Assembly (NCBI GenBank): GCA_963734495.1 | Contig: CAVTHK010000001.1 | Location: 640,001-704,000, forward strand | Direction of reading: 5' to 3' | Source: an uncultured Spirochaetota bacterium | Lineage (GTDB): Bacteria; Spirochaetota; Spirochaetia; SZUA-6; CAVTHK01 | Length of the DNA: 64,000 nucleotides | Shown here: positions 13,450 through 26,845 of the stretch, piece after piece | Numbering within the stretch: the first letter of the stretch is position 1 | How the letters are laid out: each line of letters begins with the position of its first letter | The notes under the pieces: model-generated | Seen by the model: the letters and a program-made list of their open reading frames with translations, nothing else | The model's database searches: none | Told to the model about the DNA's origin: nothing | Made by a program: the position numbers and the translations under genes

Positions 13450-14877
13450 GTGGGGAAAGTCGTCAGGAAAGGTTTCCCTCGCATCCACTACTATGACCAG
13501 GACTTCGTAGACGTCTACGACAAGACCTGGGCCTGGATCGAGGGCTCCTTCCGGCAGGGGACAAAAAAGAACGGCCTCGCTTCCAGGTACTTCAACTACG
13601 AAGGCAATACCACCGTCTCGGTGCACGAGGCCTGCCTCGCGACGTTCTTTCTCGTCTACAGCAACAGGCTGGTCCCGACGACTTCGCTGCTCGACGCCTT
13701 CTACGCCAAGCAGGAGCCCGACGGAGCGATCCGGGGCGCGTACTCGGAGTCCGACGGCTCGCCGCTTTCCACCGACGACAACCCCCAGGGCGTCGCGCCG
13801 CCGCTGTTCTCGTGGGCCGAGTACAACATCTATCACAAGATCGGACTGAAGAAGCGGGTCAAGGAGGTCGTGCCCGTTCTCGAGGCGCACTACACCTGGC
13901 TCGAGAACAACTTCAAAAAGGAGAACGGCCTCTACGCCGTCCCTGCCGAGGCCACGGCAATGGGCAACGCGCCGCGCGGCGACGTGGTGTACCCGGTCGA
14001 CTTCAACGCGCAGCAGGCCATGAACGCGCTCTACCTCTCCGCCCTCGGCGACGTGCTCAACGACAAGGAGAAGAGCTACCGCTTCAAGAAGCACTACTTC
14101 TCGCTCAAGACGCGCATCAACTCGATGATGTGGAGCGAGGAGGACAGCTACTACTACGACCTGGACGGCAAGGAGCGGCAGCTCCCCAACCGCACCCTGG
14201 CCAGCTACTGGTGCCTGCTCGCCGAGGTCCCGAGCAAGGACCGCAGCGAGCGCTTCATGGCCCACCTGACCAACCCGCAGGAGTTCGGCGTCGAGAACCC
14301 GTTCCCGTCGCTCGCCGCTTCGCACAAGCAGTTCGACCGCAAGGGCGGCGGCTTCCGCGGCTCGGTCTTTCCGCACCTGACCTTCATGGTGATCAAGGGC
14401 CTGGAGAAATACGGCAAGTTCGACCTGGCGCGAGAGAGCGCGATCCGCCACCTGTACTACATCCTGGACTCGCTGCACCACGACGAAGGCAACGGCACGC
14501 TGTGGGAGGCCTACCAGCCGCAGCACGAGGGCCCCGCTTCCTGGCCCCGCCACGACGGGTTCCCGCGCCGGCTCTTCCTGCCGTACGCCGCCCTCGCGAC
14601 CATCACCCTGATGATCGAGAACGTCGTCGGGCTGTACATCTCTCTGCCCCGCAAGACCGTGGACTGGATCGTGCCCACGATCGAGATCATGGGCATCGAG
14701 AACCTCGCGCTCAAGCGCAACATGATCACGATCCTGAGCAACCAGAGCGGCCGAGGGTGGGAGATCCGCCTCGAATCGGAGAAGCTCTACTACTTCACCA
14801 TCAACCTGCTGAACTCGAAAAAGAAGACCCTGCCCATCCCCTCGGGCAAGTGCTCGATCCTCATAGACAAGCTTTAG
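13450..14877 (+). CDS. MGH1/GH63-like (alpha/alpha)6 glycoside hydrolase-fold protein
   Basis: FYAKQEPDGAI, PPLFSWAE, VDFNAQQA, FRGSVFP..TFMVIKGLEKYG, TLWEAY. Confidence 0.7.
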   Translation: MGKVVRKGFPRIHYYDQDFVDVYDKTWAWIEGSFRQGTKKNGLASRYFNYEGNTTVSVHEACLATFFLVYSNRLVPTTSLLDAFYAKQEPDGAIRGAYSESDGSPLSTDDNPQGVAPPLFSWAEYNIYHKIGLKKRVKEVVPVLEAHYTWLENNFKKENGLYAVPAEATAMGNAPRGDVVYPVDFNAQQAMNALYLSALGDVLNDKEKSYRFKKHYFSLKTRINSMMWSEEDSYYYDLDGKERQLPNRTLASYWCLLAEVPSKDRSERFMAHLTNPQEFGVENPFPSLAASHKQFDRKGGGFRGSVFPHLTFMVIKGLEKYGKFDLARESAIRHLYYILDSLHHDEGNGTLWEAYQPQHEGPASWPRHDGFPRRLFLPYAALATITLMIENVVGLYISLPRKTVDWIVPTIEIMGIENLALKRNMITILSNQSGRGWEIRLESEKLYYFTINLLNSKKKTLPIPSGKCSILIDKL

Positions 14878-14931
14878 GGATATCTCGAAGGAAGGCTGTC
14901 GCGCCGCGACCCGCCCCGGGCGGCCGGCGCG

Positions 14932-15531
14932 TCAGAACGAGCTGCGGCCGAGGAATGCGCGCGCGAGCGTGAGCCTGTCGGCGTACTCCAGGTCCCCGCC
15001 CACCGGCAGGCCGAGCGCCAGCCGGCTCACCGACACCGCGGGCGCGCCCTGCTCGCCGCGGAGCAGGCTGCCCAGGTACAGCGCGGTGGTGTCGCCTTCG
15101 ACGGTAGGGTTGGTCGCGAGGATCACCTCGCGGATGCCTTCGCGGCGCACCCGGTCGAGCAGCGACTGGATGCGCAGCTTCTCCGGCCCGACGCCCTCGA
15201 TCGGCGAAATGACGCCCATCAGCACGTGGTAGAGGCCGCGGTACTCGTGGATCGCCTCGATCGACTGCACGTCCTTGGGCTGCTCGACGACGCAGAGCAC
15301 GCTGCGGTCGCGCGAGGGGTCGGAGCACAGGGCGCACGGCTGCTCCTCGGTGTAATTGCCGCAGACCCGGCAGAGCTGCACCTTCTCCTTGAGGTCCAGG
15401 ATTTCCTGCGCCAGCTGCTCCACGAAGTCGCGGTCGGCCTTGAGCAGGCTGTGCACGATGCGCGACGCGCTCTTTCGGCCGAGCCCCGGCAGGCGGGAGA
15501 GGCTGCGGGTCAGCTTCTCGAGCAGGTCCAA
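14932..15531 (-). CDS. recR: Recombination protein RecR
   Basis: LPGLGRKSA, C4 zinc finger, YHVLMG.ISP, ILATNPTVEG. Confidence 0.96.
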   Translation of the reverse strand: MDLLEKLTRSLSRLPGLGRKSASRIVHSLLKADRDFVEQLAQEILDLKEKVQLCRVCGNYTEEQPCALCSDPSRDRSVLCVVEQPKDVQSIEAIHEYRGLYHVLMGVISPIEGVGPEKLRIQSLLDRVRREGIREVILATNPTVEGDTTALYLGSLLRGEQGAPAVSVSRLALGLPVGGDLEYADRLTLARAFLGRSSF

Positions 15532-15532
15532 G

Positions 15533-15856
15533 CTAACCCCCGAGCAGGCCCGGCGGCAGGTCGAAGCCCCCGGTCATCGACGAGGCCTCTTCCTTCATCT
15601 TGTCCTTGACCTTGGCCAGAGCATCGGAAAAGGCTGCGAGGACCAGGTCCTGGAGCATCTCGACGTCGTTGGGGTCGACCGCCTCTTTCGCGATGGTCAC
15701 GCGCGTCACCGAAAGGGCGCCCGTCATCTCGATGCGCACCATGTCGCCGCCGGCGGAGCCGGTGACGCGGATCTGAGCCATGCGCTCCTGCATCTCGTTC
15801 ATCCGTGTCTGGAAGCTCTGCAGGTTCTTCAACAGCTCGAACGGATTGCCGGCCAT
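15533..15856 (-). CDS. ebfC: YbaB/EbfC nucleoid-associated protein
   Basis: GSAGGDMV, DVEMLQDLVLAA; dnaX-ybaB-recR synteny. Confidence 0.93.
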   Translation of the reverse strand: MAGNPFELLKNLQSFQTRMNEMQERMAQIRVTGSAGGDMVRIEMTGALSVTRVTIAKEAVDPNDVEMLQDLVLAAFSDALAKVKDKMKEEASSMTGGFDLPPGLLGG

Positions 15857-15857
15857 C

Positions 15858-17487
15858 TCAACCTCCGTCGACCACCTGGCCCTTGAACACTCGCTTGACC
15901 ATCTCGACCTTTTCGTCGACTCGCGTCTCGGCCGCGGAGGCGGTGTCCATGGTGACGACCTCGAGCCGCACGGCGCGCCCCAGCACCTCGGAGGCCGCTG
16001 CTTCCACGGCCTGCCGCTCGGCGTTGAGCATCCCGACCGAGTAGCGCTCAGCGGCCTTGAAGGTGAAGCGCAGACGGCCCTCCTCGACCGCGACGTCCTC
16101 GGCCTTGTCCATGGCCGAGGCGAGCGCGGGCTTCTTCCTGCGCAGCGCCTCGATCACCCGCCGCGCAGCCTGCCCGCCCGCGCCGGCGGGGTCGCCGGCG
16201 GCCGCGGCGTCGCTGCTGTCGGGCGCATCCTCGTCGCCCGCCGCCTCGTCGTGCTGCTCCGCCGCGGCGGCAGCCGCGGGGGCGCCGCGCTGTGCCGGGG
16301 GGCTCACCGCGGGCGCGGGCGCCGGCCGCCGCCGGGCCGGCGCTGCCGGCCATCTCGCCCCGCAGCTTTCGGATCTGCGCCAGGATGTCCTCGGGGGCGA
16401 TGAAGCCCGGCAGGCGCGCGAGCCTGCTCACGACGAGCTCCAGCTCGAAGCGCGGGTTCAGGGAGAAGCGCAGGTTGCGGTGCAGCTCGAGCAGCAGCTC
16501 GATGGCCCGCTCGACCTGCGCCGGCGTGAGCTGCTCGACAGCGTCCTTGAGGAAGCTCTCCGGCGAGTACCCGAGCAGGCCCTCGCGGCCGAGCCCCTGC
16601 TGCAGGAACAGCAGGCTGCGAAAGTACTCCGCCAGGTCCACGACGAGCTGCTCGACAGCGACGCCCTGCTCCAGGATCTTCGCGAGCATCTCGAGCGCGG
16701 CCTTGCCGTCGCCCGCCAGGAACGCGGCCGCCAGCCCGTTGAGCTGCTCGAGCCCGACGACGCCGAGCTTTTCGTGGATCAGCGCGAGCGTGATGCGGCC
16801 GCCGGAGAACGAGGCCACCTGGTCGAGCAGGGTGTAGGAGTCGCGCAGGGAGCCGGTCGCCTCCTTGGCGATCCACAGCAGCGCGGACTCTTCCGCGTCG
16901 ACCTTCATCTCGGAGCAGGCGGCGGCGAGCGAGCGCTTGAGGTCGTCCGTGGAGATCAGGCGGAAGTTGAACTGCTGGCAGCGCGAGCGGATCGTCGCGG
17001 GCACGCGGTGGATCTCCGTCGTCGCGAAGATGAACACGATGTAAGGGGGCGGCTCCTCGATGGTCTTCAGCAGCGCGTTGAAAGCGCTGTTGGAGAGCAT
17101 GTGGACCTCGTCGATGATGTAGATCTTGTAGCGGCTGCTGTTGGGCCTGAAGAGCACCTCGTCCTTGATCTCGCGCACGTCGTTGACGCTGGTGTTGGAG
17201 GCCCCGTCGATCTCGATCACGTCGAGCGAGCCGCCGCGGGTGATCTCCTGGCAGGAGGAGCAGTTGCCGCAGGGCTTCGCCGTCGGACCGGTCTCGCAGT
17301 TGAGGGCCTTGGCGAGGATGCGCGCGGCCGAGGTCTTGCCGACTCCGCGCGGGCCGGAGAACAGGTAGGCGTGGGCGATGTGCCCCTGCTCGATCGACTT
17401 CGTCAGCGTGGCGACGACGAAGTCCTGCCCCACGATCTCGCTGAAATCCTGAGGACGTCTTCGTGTAGCTGTAACTTCATACGCCAT
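15858..17487 (-). CDS. dnaX: DNA polymerase III subunit gamma/tau (break near 16320)
   Basis: RPQDFSEIVGQ, GPRGVGKT, IDEVHML, SRCQQFNF; C-terminal domain continues in ORF 15858..16307. Confidence 0.94.
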
Positions 17488-17527
17488 AAGACGTTACCAG
17501 AGTACCTCGCGCGGCGCCTACACGGCG

Positions 17528-17556
17528 AGCGTAGTATGTAGGTACTTCGTTGTCAA
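17528..17556 (-). promoter_or_regulatory. sigma70 promoter of dnaX-ebfC-recR
   Basis: TTGACA-N17-TACGCT. Confidence 0.6.
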
Positions 17557-17613
17557 CCGGCTCGATCGTCAACTGCCGCCAGCCGCGAGCCGGCGGGAGC
17601 GGGGCAAGAAAAA

Positions 17614-17740
17614 CCCCCATCAGCTCCGGCCAGACCTGATACGGCTCTCCGGAAAACTGCTTACCGCTGCTACCTTCCGGTCCTGGCGGGGTTGGGCAGC
17701 CTCCGGCAGCGTAGGGCCTGGCTATCAACGCTAATGGGGG
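17614..17740 (-). ncRNA. ffs: Signal recognition particle RNA (small/4.5S type)
   Basis: Domain IV motif GCCAGGACCGGAAGGTAGCAGC; ends CCCCCATTAG/CTGATGGGGG pair; upstream of dnaX. Confidence 0.9.
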
Positions 17741-17743
17741 TAA

Positions 17744-17834
17744 CGGAGAGAGAGGGATTCGAACCCTCGGTACCCGGTTGTACGAGTACACACGCTTTCC
17801 AAGCGTGCACCTTCGGCCACTCGGTCATCTCTCC
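17744..17834 (-). tRNA. tRNA-Ser(GGA)
   Basis: GGAGAGA acceptor, CACGC-TTGGAAA-GCGTG anticodon arm, long variable arm, TTCGAAT loop. Confidence 0.96.
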
Positions 17835-17851
17835 TCTACGGCTGTTTTGGA

Positions 17852-17940
17852 CGGAGAGAGTGGGATTCGAACCCACGGTACCACGTTAGTGGTACAACGG
17901 TTTTCGAGACCGCCCGATTCGACCGCTCTCGCATCTCTCC
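17852..17940 (-). tRNA. tRNA-Ser(CGA)
   Basis: GCGGT-CTCGAAA-ACCGT anticodon arm, long variable arm, TTCGAAT loop. Confidence 0.96.
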
Positions 17941-17948
17941 AGGTTTCG

Positions 17949-18022
17949 TGTGCCCAAGTGGACTCGAACCACCGGCCTTGAGATCCGCAATCTCACGCTC
18001 TATCCATCTGAGCTATGGGCAC
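17949..18022 (-). tRNA. tRNA-Arg(GCG)
   Basis: GTGCCCA acceptor, TGAGA-TTGCGGA-TCTCA anticodon arm, TTCGAGT loop. Confidence 0.93.
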
Positions 18023-18027
18023 GTATC

Positions 18028-18120
<93 letters not shown>

Positions 18121-18138
18121 GGGGCCTGCCTTTAAGAC

Positions 18139-18227
18139 CGGAGAGAGTGGGATTCGAACCCACGGTGGAGCGATTGCCCCACAGCGGTTTTCAAGACCGC
18201 CTCCTTAGACCGCTCGGACACCTCTCC
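18139..18227 (-). tRNA. tRNA-Ser(TGA)
   Basis: GCGGT-CTTGAAA-ACCGC anticodon arm, long variable arm. Confidence 0.96.
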
Positions 18228-18239
18228 GAAGGCACGCCT

Positions 18240-18268
18240 ACTATAATTCCCGTCCCCCCGAATGTCAA
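18240..18268 (-). promoter_or_regulatory. sigma70 promoter of the tRNA/ffs operon
   Basis: TTGACA-N17-TATAGT with GC-rich discriminator. Confidence 0.85.
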
Positions 18269-18301
18269 CGGAGCGCACCCCCGCACGGCCGGCGGGCCCT
18301 T

Positions 18302-19183
18302 TCAGGTCCGCCCGCGGGAGTCCATCAGGAAGAGCATCCGATCGAGATCGTCCGCGGAGTAGTAGGTGATCTCGATCTTCCCGCGTTTTGGCGTCCCACG
18401 GACGTCGACGCGCGTACCGAGCGCGTCCATGAGGCGGCGGCGCACGTCCTCGAGCGAGGGGTCGAGCGCGCGCCTCGGCTTGCGCGGCGCGCGGGCGTCG
18501 CTCCCGCGCGCGCTCCTGCGGCCCGCCTTGAGCTCCTGCGCCTGCATCTCGGCTTCGCGCACGGAGAGACCCTGGCCCATGACGCGATCGAAGAGCAGCT
18601 GCTGATCGGCGGGATTGACGAGCGCGAGGATCGCGCGCGCGTGCCCGGGCGTGATGTCGCCGCGGTCGAGAGCCTGCAGCATCGGCTCCGGCAGCTTGAG
18701 CAGGCGCAGGCTGTTGGCCACGGTCGAGCGGTCCTTGCCGACGCGCCTGGCGACATCCTCCTGGCTCAGCTCGACGAGCTCCATGAGCTTGCGGTAGCCC
18801 TGCGCCTCTTCGACCGGGGTCAGGTTCTCACGCTGAATGTTCTCGATGAGCGCGATCTCGACCTTCTCCACCATCGAGAAGCGGCGCACCAGGACAGGGA
18901 CATCCTTGAGGCCGGCCAGGCGCGCGGCCCGAAGACGGCGCTCGCCGGCGATGACGGTGTAGGTCCCGTCTTCGTCCGCCTCGACGAGGAGCGGCTGGAT
19001 GATGCCCTTCTCCCGGATGGAGTCGGCCAGCTCCCTGAGCCCTTCGTCGGGGAATCGGCTCCGCGGCTGGTAGGGGTTCGGTTTCAGCTGCTTGATGGCG
19101 ACTGTCGCGCCCTCGCCCGACGCCGTAGCTTCGAGCTCCTTGAACAGAGCGCCGATGCCCTTGCCGAGCACCTTCTTAGACAT
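18302..19183 (-). CDS. parB: Chromosome partitioning protein ParB
   Basis: LGKGIGALF, PNPYQPR, IAGERRLRA, ENIQRENL, HTH with RSTVANSLRLL. Confidence 0.96.
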   Translation of the reverse strand: MSKKVLGKGIGALFKELEATASGEGATVAIKQLKPNPYQPRSRFPDEGLRELADSIREKGIIQPLLVEADEDGTYTVIAGERRLRAARLAGLKDVPVLVRRFSMVEKVEIALIENIQRENLTPVEEAQGYRKLMELVELSQEDVARRVGKDRSTVANSLRLLKLPEPMLQALDRGDITPGHARAILALVNPADQQLLFDRVMGQGLSVREAEMQAQELKAGRRSARGSDARAPRKPRRALDPSLEDVRRRLMDALGTRVDVRGTPKRGKIEITYYSADDLDRMLFLMDSRGRT

Positions 19184-19932
19184 GCGCCAGCACCTCATCG
19201 GCGAGGCTCTCGTAGCTCTTGGCTCCGACGCACTCGCGGTCGTACTGGTTGATCGGCTTGGAGAACGAAGGCGCCTCGCTGATGCGCACGTTGCGGGGGA
19301 TGATCGTGCGGAACACCCGGTCCTTGAAGTAGCCGGTCACCTCCTGAACCACTTCGTGGGCCAGCCTGGTCCGCTTGTCGTACATGGTGAAGAGTATCCC
19401 CCCGATCTCCAGCTGCGGGTTCAGGCTCTTCTGCACCTGGCTGATCGTCTTGAGCAGCAGCGTGAGCCCTTCGAGGGCAAAGTACTCACACTGCAGCGGG
19501 ATGAGAACGTATTTCGCGGCGACGAGACCGTTCAGCGTGAGCACGCCGAGCGAAGGGGGACTGTCGATAAAGACATAGTCGTAGCCGTCACTGGCCTTGG
19601 CCAGGGCTTCCTTGAGGAAGTACTCCCGCCGATCGCGGTCCACGAGCTCCACCGTGGCGCCCGTGAGATTGATGCTGGAAGGCATGATGAAGAGGTTGGG
19701 CACGCTCGTCGTCTGCACGACCCTCTCGAGGCCGGCCTGGCCGCCGATGAACTCGTAGACGCCCGGCCTGGACGTGTCCGCGCCAACCGCGCTCGAGAGG
19801 TTGGACTGGGGATCGAAGTCCACGAGGAGGACCTTCTTCCCCTTCTCCGCGAGGTAGGCGCCGAGGTTCACGGCGGTGGTGGTCTTGCCCACCCCGCCCT
19901 TCTGATTGGCAACGACGAAGATCTTTGGACAA
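19176..19932 (-). CDS. parA: Chromosome partitioning ATPase ParA/Soj (start uncertain; TTG near 19932 needs a 1-nt correction)
   Basis: NQKGGVGKTTT, DFDPQ, DSPPSLG, QCEYFALEG, IPRNVRISEAPS. Confidence 0.94.
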
Positions 19933-20170
19933 CTGATCGCTCGCTGATACGGTCCCGCCCGCCGCAGCCTGCACCGCGCCCTTGCCCGGCATCCCGCCAG
20001 GCGCCCGGGGTGCCCGGGCCGCCGCGCTGCGGTTCGCGGTCGACCAGCGCGCATCATACAGGGAATGCCGCCCGGTTTCAACGCCGGTGCGGGGCGCTAC
20101 GACCCGCCGTGAGGCGCGGCGGACCGCGCGGAGCGTGGCACATGGAGGCACCGTGGACGGCCTGCCGCAA

Positions 20171-20186
20171 TGTTTCACGGGAAACA
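20171..20186. other. parS centromere-like site
   Basis: TGTTTCACGGGAAACA matches the consensus TGTTTCACGTGAAACA at 15/16; intergenic, just upstream of parA. Confidence 0.88.
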
Positions 20187-20283
20187 TTTCGGTGAAAGGC
20201 CCCCGCGGCCCCGGCTGTGGCGATCGCGGGCCAGGGCGGCCGCGGCAGCGTCACGGCCACGGGCGGCCTCTGGGTCGCGTCGA

Positions 20284-24691
<4,408 letters not shown>

Positions 24692-24725
24692 TGGCAATCC
24701 TGCGACTGGTTGACTAATGAAACGG

Positions 24726-24754
24726 ATTATATAGAAGAAGGGGAATCGTGGCAA
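24726..24754 (-). promoter_or_regulatory. sigma70 promoter of gyrB
   Basis: TTGCCA-N17-TATAAT. Confidence 0.8.
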
Positions 24755-25010
24755 AGGCCGCACGCCCCTTCCGGAGGCCTTGGAAAGGTCGAAAAGCGCC
24801 CCTCCGCCGCCCGTCCGTGCGTTTCGATGTCGACGCCGGGCGTGTTCGGGCCAGTGCGGAGAGGCCCGCGGTGCAGCGACAAAGCCTGCGAAAACGCAGT
24901 CACACGCGGGCGTGGGGCCTTCGCGGCATGGTGGCCATGGCCTGTCACCTGGTGGCGCCTATGCCATCCTGGCGGCGCCACCCCCGTGACATCCGTGACA
25001 TCCCTGTCAC

Positions 25011-25039
25011 TTGAATTCCCATAGGCTCCCGGCTACACT
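25011..25039 (+). promoter_or_regulatory. Candidate sigma70 promoter of dnaA
   Basis: TTGAAT-N17-TACACT, about 225 nt upstream of the ATG. Confidence 0.6.
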
Positions 25040-25236
25040 TGCGCCTTGGCTGCTCACTCTCGAGTACGCCGGCCACGGGGCAGACGCACTCGAGACGGGT
25101 CGGGATGGGCTTGGCGGCCCCGGCGCAAGCGAGCGTAACGTACGCTGCAGAAACGAGTTGAGCGATAGAGGTCAAGCCGCGGACGGACTCGGCGCGCGCC
25201 CGCGGCCACGGCCGGTGGCTCGACCCGTGCACAAGC

Positions 25237-25245
25237 TGTGGATAG
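25237..25245. promoter_or_regulatory. DnaA box in the dnaA leader (autoregulation)
   Basis: TGTGGATAG (reverse complement CTATCCACA, 8/9 match), 20 nt before the start codon. Confidence 0.65.
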
Positions 25246-25265
25246 ACACCAAGACAAGGAGACCG

Positions 25266-26652
25266 ATGGCAGACCGATCCTGGGACTACTCGTCGGCATG
25301 GACCGAAGCCGTGCGCCAGATCGCCGCCGAGATCAACGAACAGGAATTCCTCATGTGGTTCCGCAACATGAGCTACTCGGGGGCGGAGCAATCGCGGCTC
25401 TACCTGAGCGTGCCTTCGTCGTTCTACAAGGACCAGGTTCAGCAGCGCTACCAGCGGCTGATCGAGGAAAAGCTGCACGAGCTGCTCGGCACCCCGATCG
25501 AGATCGACTTCCGCATCGAGAAGCCGAAGCGCGCGCCCTCTGACGGCGAGCAGGACGCCGCAGAGACCGCGAAGAGCGAGACGCCCAGAAAGCGCGCCGC
25601 GCGCAAGGTGTGCGAGCCCTCAGCTCAACGGGAAGTACGTCTTCGAGAACTTCGTCGTCGGGGAGAACAACTCGTTCGCGGCCAACGCGGGGTACGCCAT
25701 CGCCAAGAACCCGGGAACGACCTACAACCCATGCCTCATCTACGGAGGAGTCGGGCTCGGCAAGACCCACCTGATCCAGGCGATCGGCAACGCCGCATAC
25801 TCCGACTTCCCCGACATGAAGGTCGTGTACGTCACCGCCGAGACTTTCACGAACGAGTTCATCATTTCCATCAAGGAGCGGACGAGCCACATCTTCAAGC
25901 GCAGGTACCGCTCGGTGGACCTGCTCCTCATCGACGACATCCACATGTTCCAGGGCAAGGCGCAGACGCAGGAGGAGCTCTTCTACACGTTCGAGGCGCT
26001 GTACAACGCGAACAAGCAGATGGTCTTCACGTGCGACCGGCCCGTTTCCGAGCTGCGCGAGCTCACCGACCGCCTGCGCAGCCGGTTCGAGCGCGGCCTG
26101 AACGTGGACCTGCAACCGCCGAACTACGAGACCAGGGTCGCCATCCTGCGCAAGAAGATCGAGGACCAGCACGCCGAGATTCCGGACGCGGTCGTCGAGC
26201 TGATCTGCCGCAACATCACGACCAACGTGCGCGACCTCGAGGCGGCGCTGACCAAGCTGGTGGCGTACGCGAACCTGGTCAATCGCAACATTACGCTCGA
26301 GACCGCGCAGCAGCAGCTGCGCGACGTGTTTGCAAACCCGCGGCAGAAAAGCATCACCGTCGACATCGTGCAGAGGGTGGTCGCCGATTACTTCGGGCTC
26401 TCGCAGAGCGATCTCAAGGGGAAGAAGAGGACCAAAGCGATCGCCTTTCCACGCCAGCTCGCGATGTACCTGGCCCGGGAAATGACGGAGTACTCGACTA
26501 CGGAGCTCGGCATCGAGTTCGGCGGCCGGGACCATACGACCATCATGTACGGGTGCCAGAAGATCGAGAACCGGATCAAGACCGACTCGACGCTTGAGCC
26601 GATGGTTTCCGGCCTCAAGCGCAGCATACGCGAGTATGGCGCAAACGCTTAG
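25266..26652 (+). CDS. dnaA: Chromosomal replication initiator DnaA (break near 25610)
   Basis: Domain I (EFLMWF), YGGVGLGKTHL, LLIDDI, NVRDLE, RQLAMYL, FGGRDHTT. Confidence 0.97.
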
Positions 26653-26845
26653 CCGATGTTATAGTCCTGGAGAAAACCTGTGGAGACATCCCTCCGGGTG
26701 CTGACATGTGCAGAACCGGGGGAGAGAGACGGGTCGGTTTTCACGCCGGTAATTCGCCTGTACGGAGCGGGTTGACCGACTTTTCCACAGAACCGGCGCC
26801 TCTACTGCTACTACTACTGATCTATATAAGGAAAGGAGCACCAGG
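26653..26845. other. oriC: DnaA boxes, DnaA-trios and AT-rich unwinding element
   Basis: Boxes TGTGGAGAC (26679), TGTGCAGAA (26707), TTTTCCACA (26781); GC spacer; CTA-CTG-CTA-CTA-CTA-CTG (26802-26819); CTATATAA; then the dnaN RBS. Confidence 0.88.

Noticed and set aside
16290-16340. Programmed dnaX frameshift giving gamma and tau
   Set aside because: No A-AAA-AAG or poly-A slippery site; the break lies in a GC-repeat linker like the other errors.
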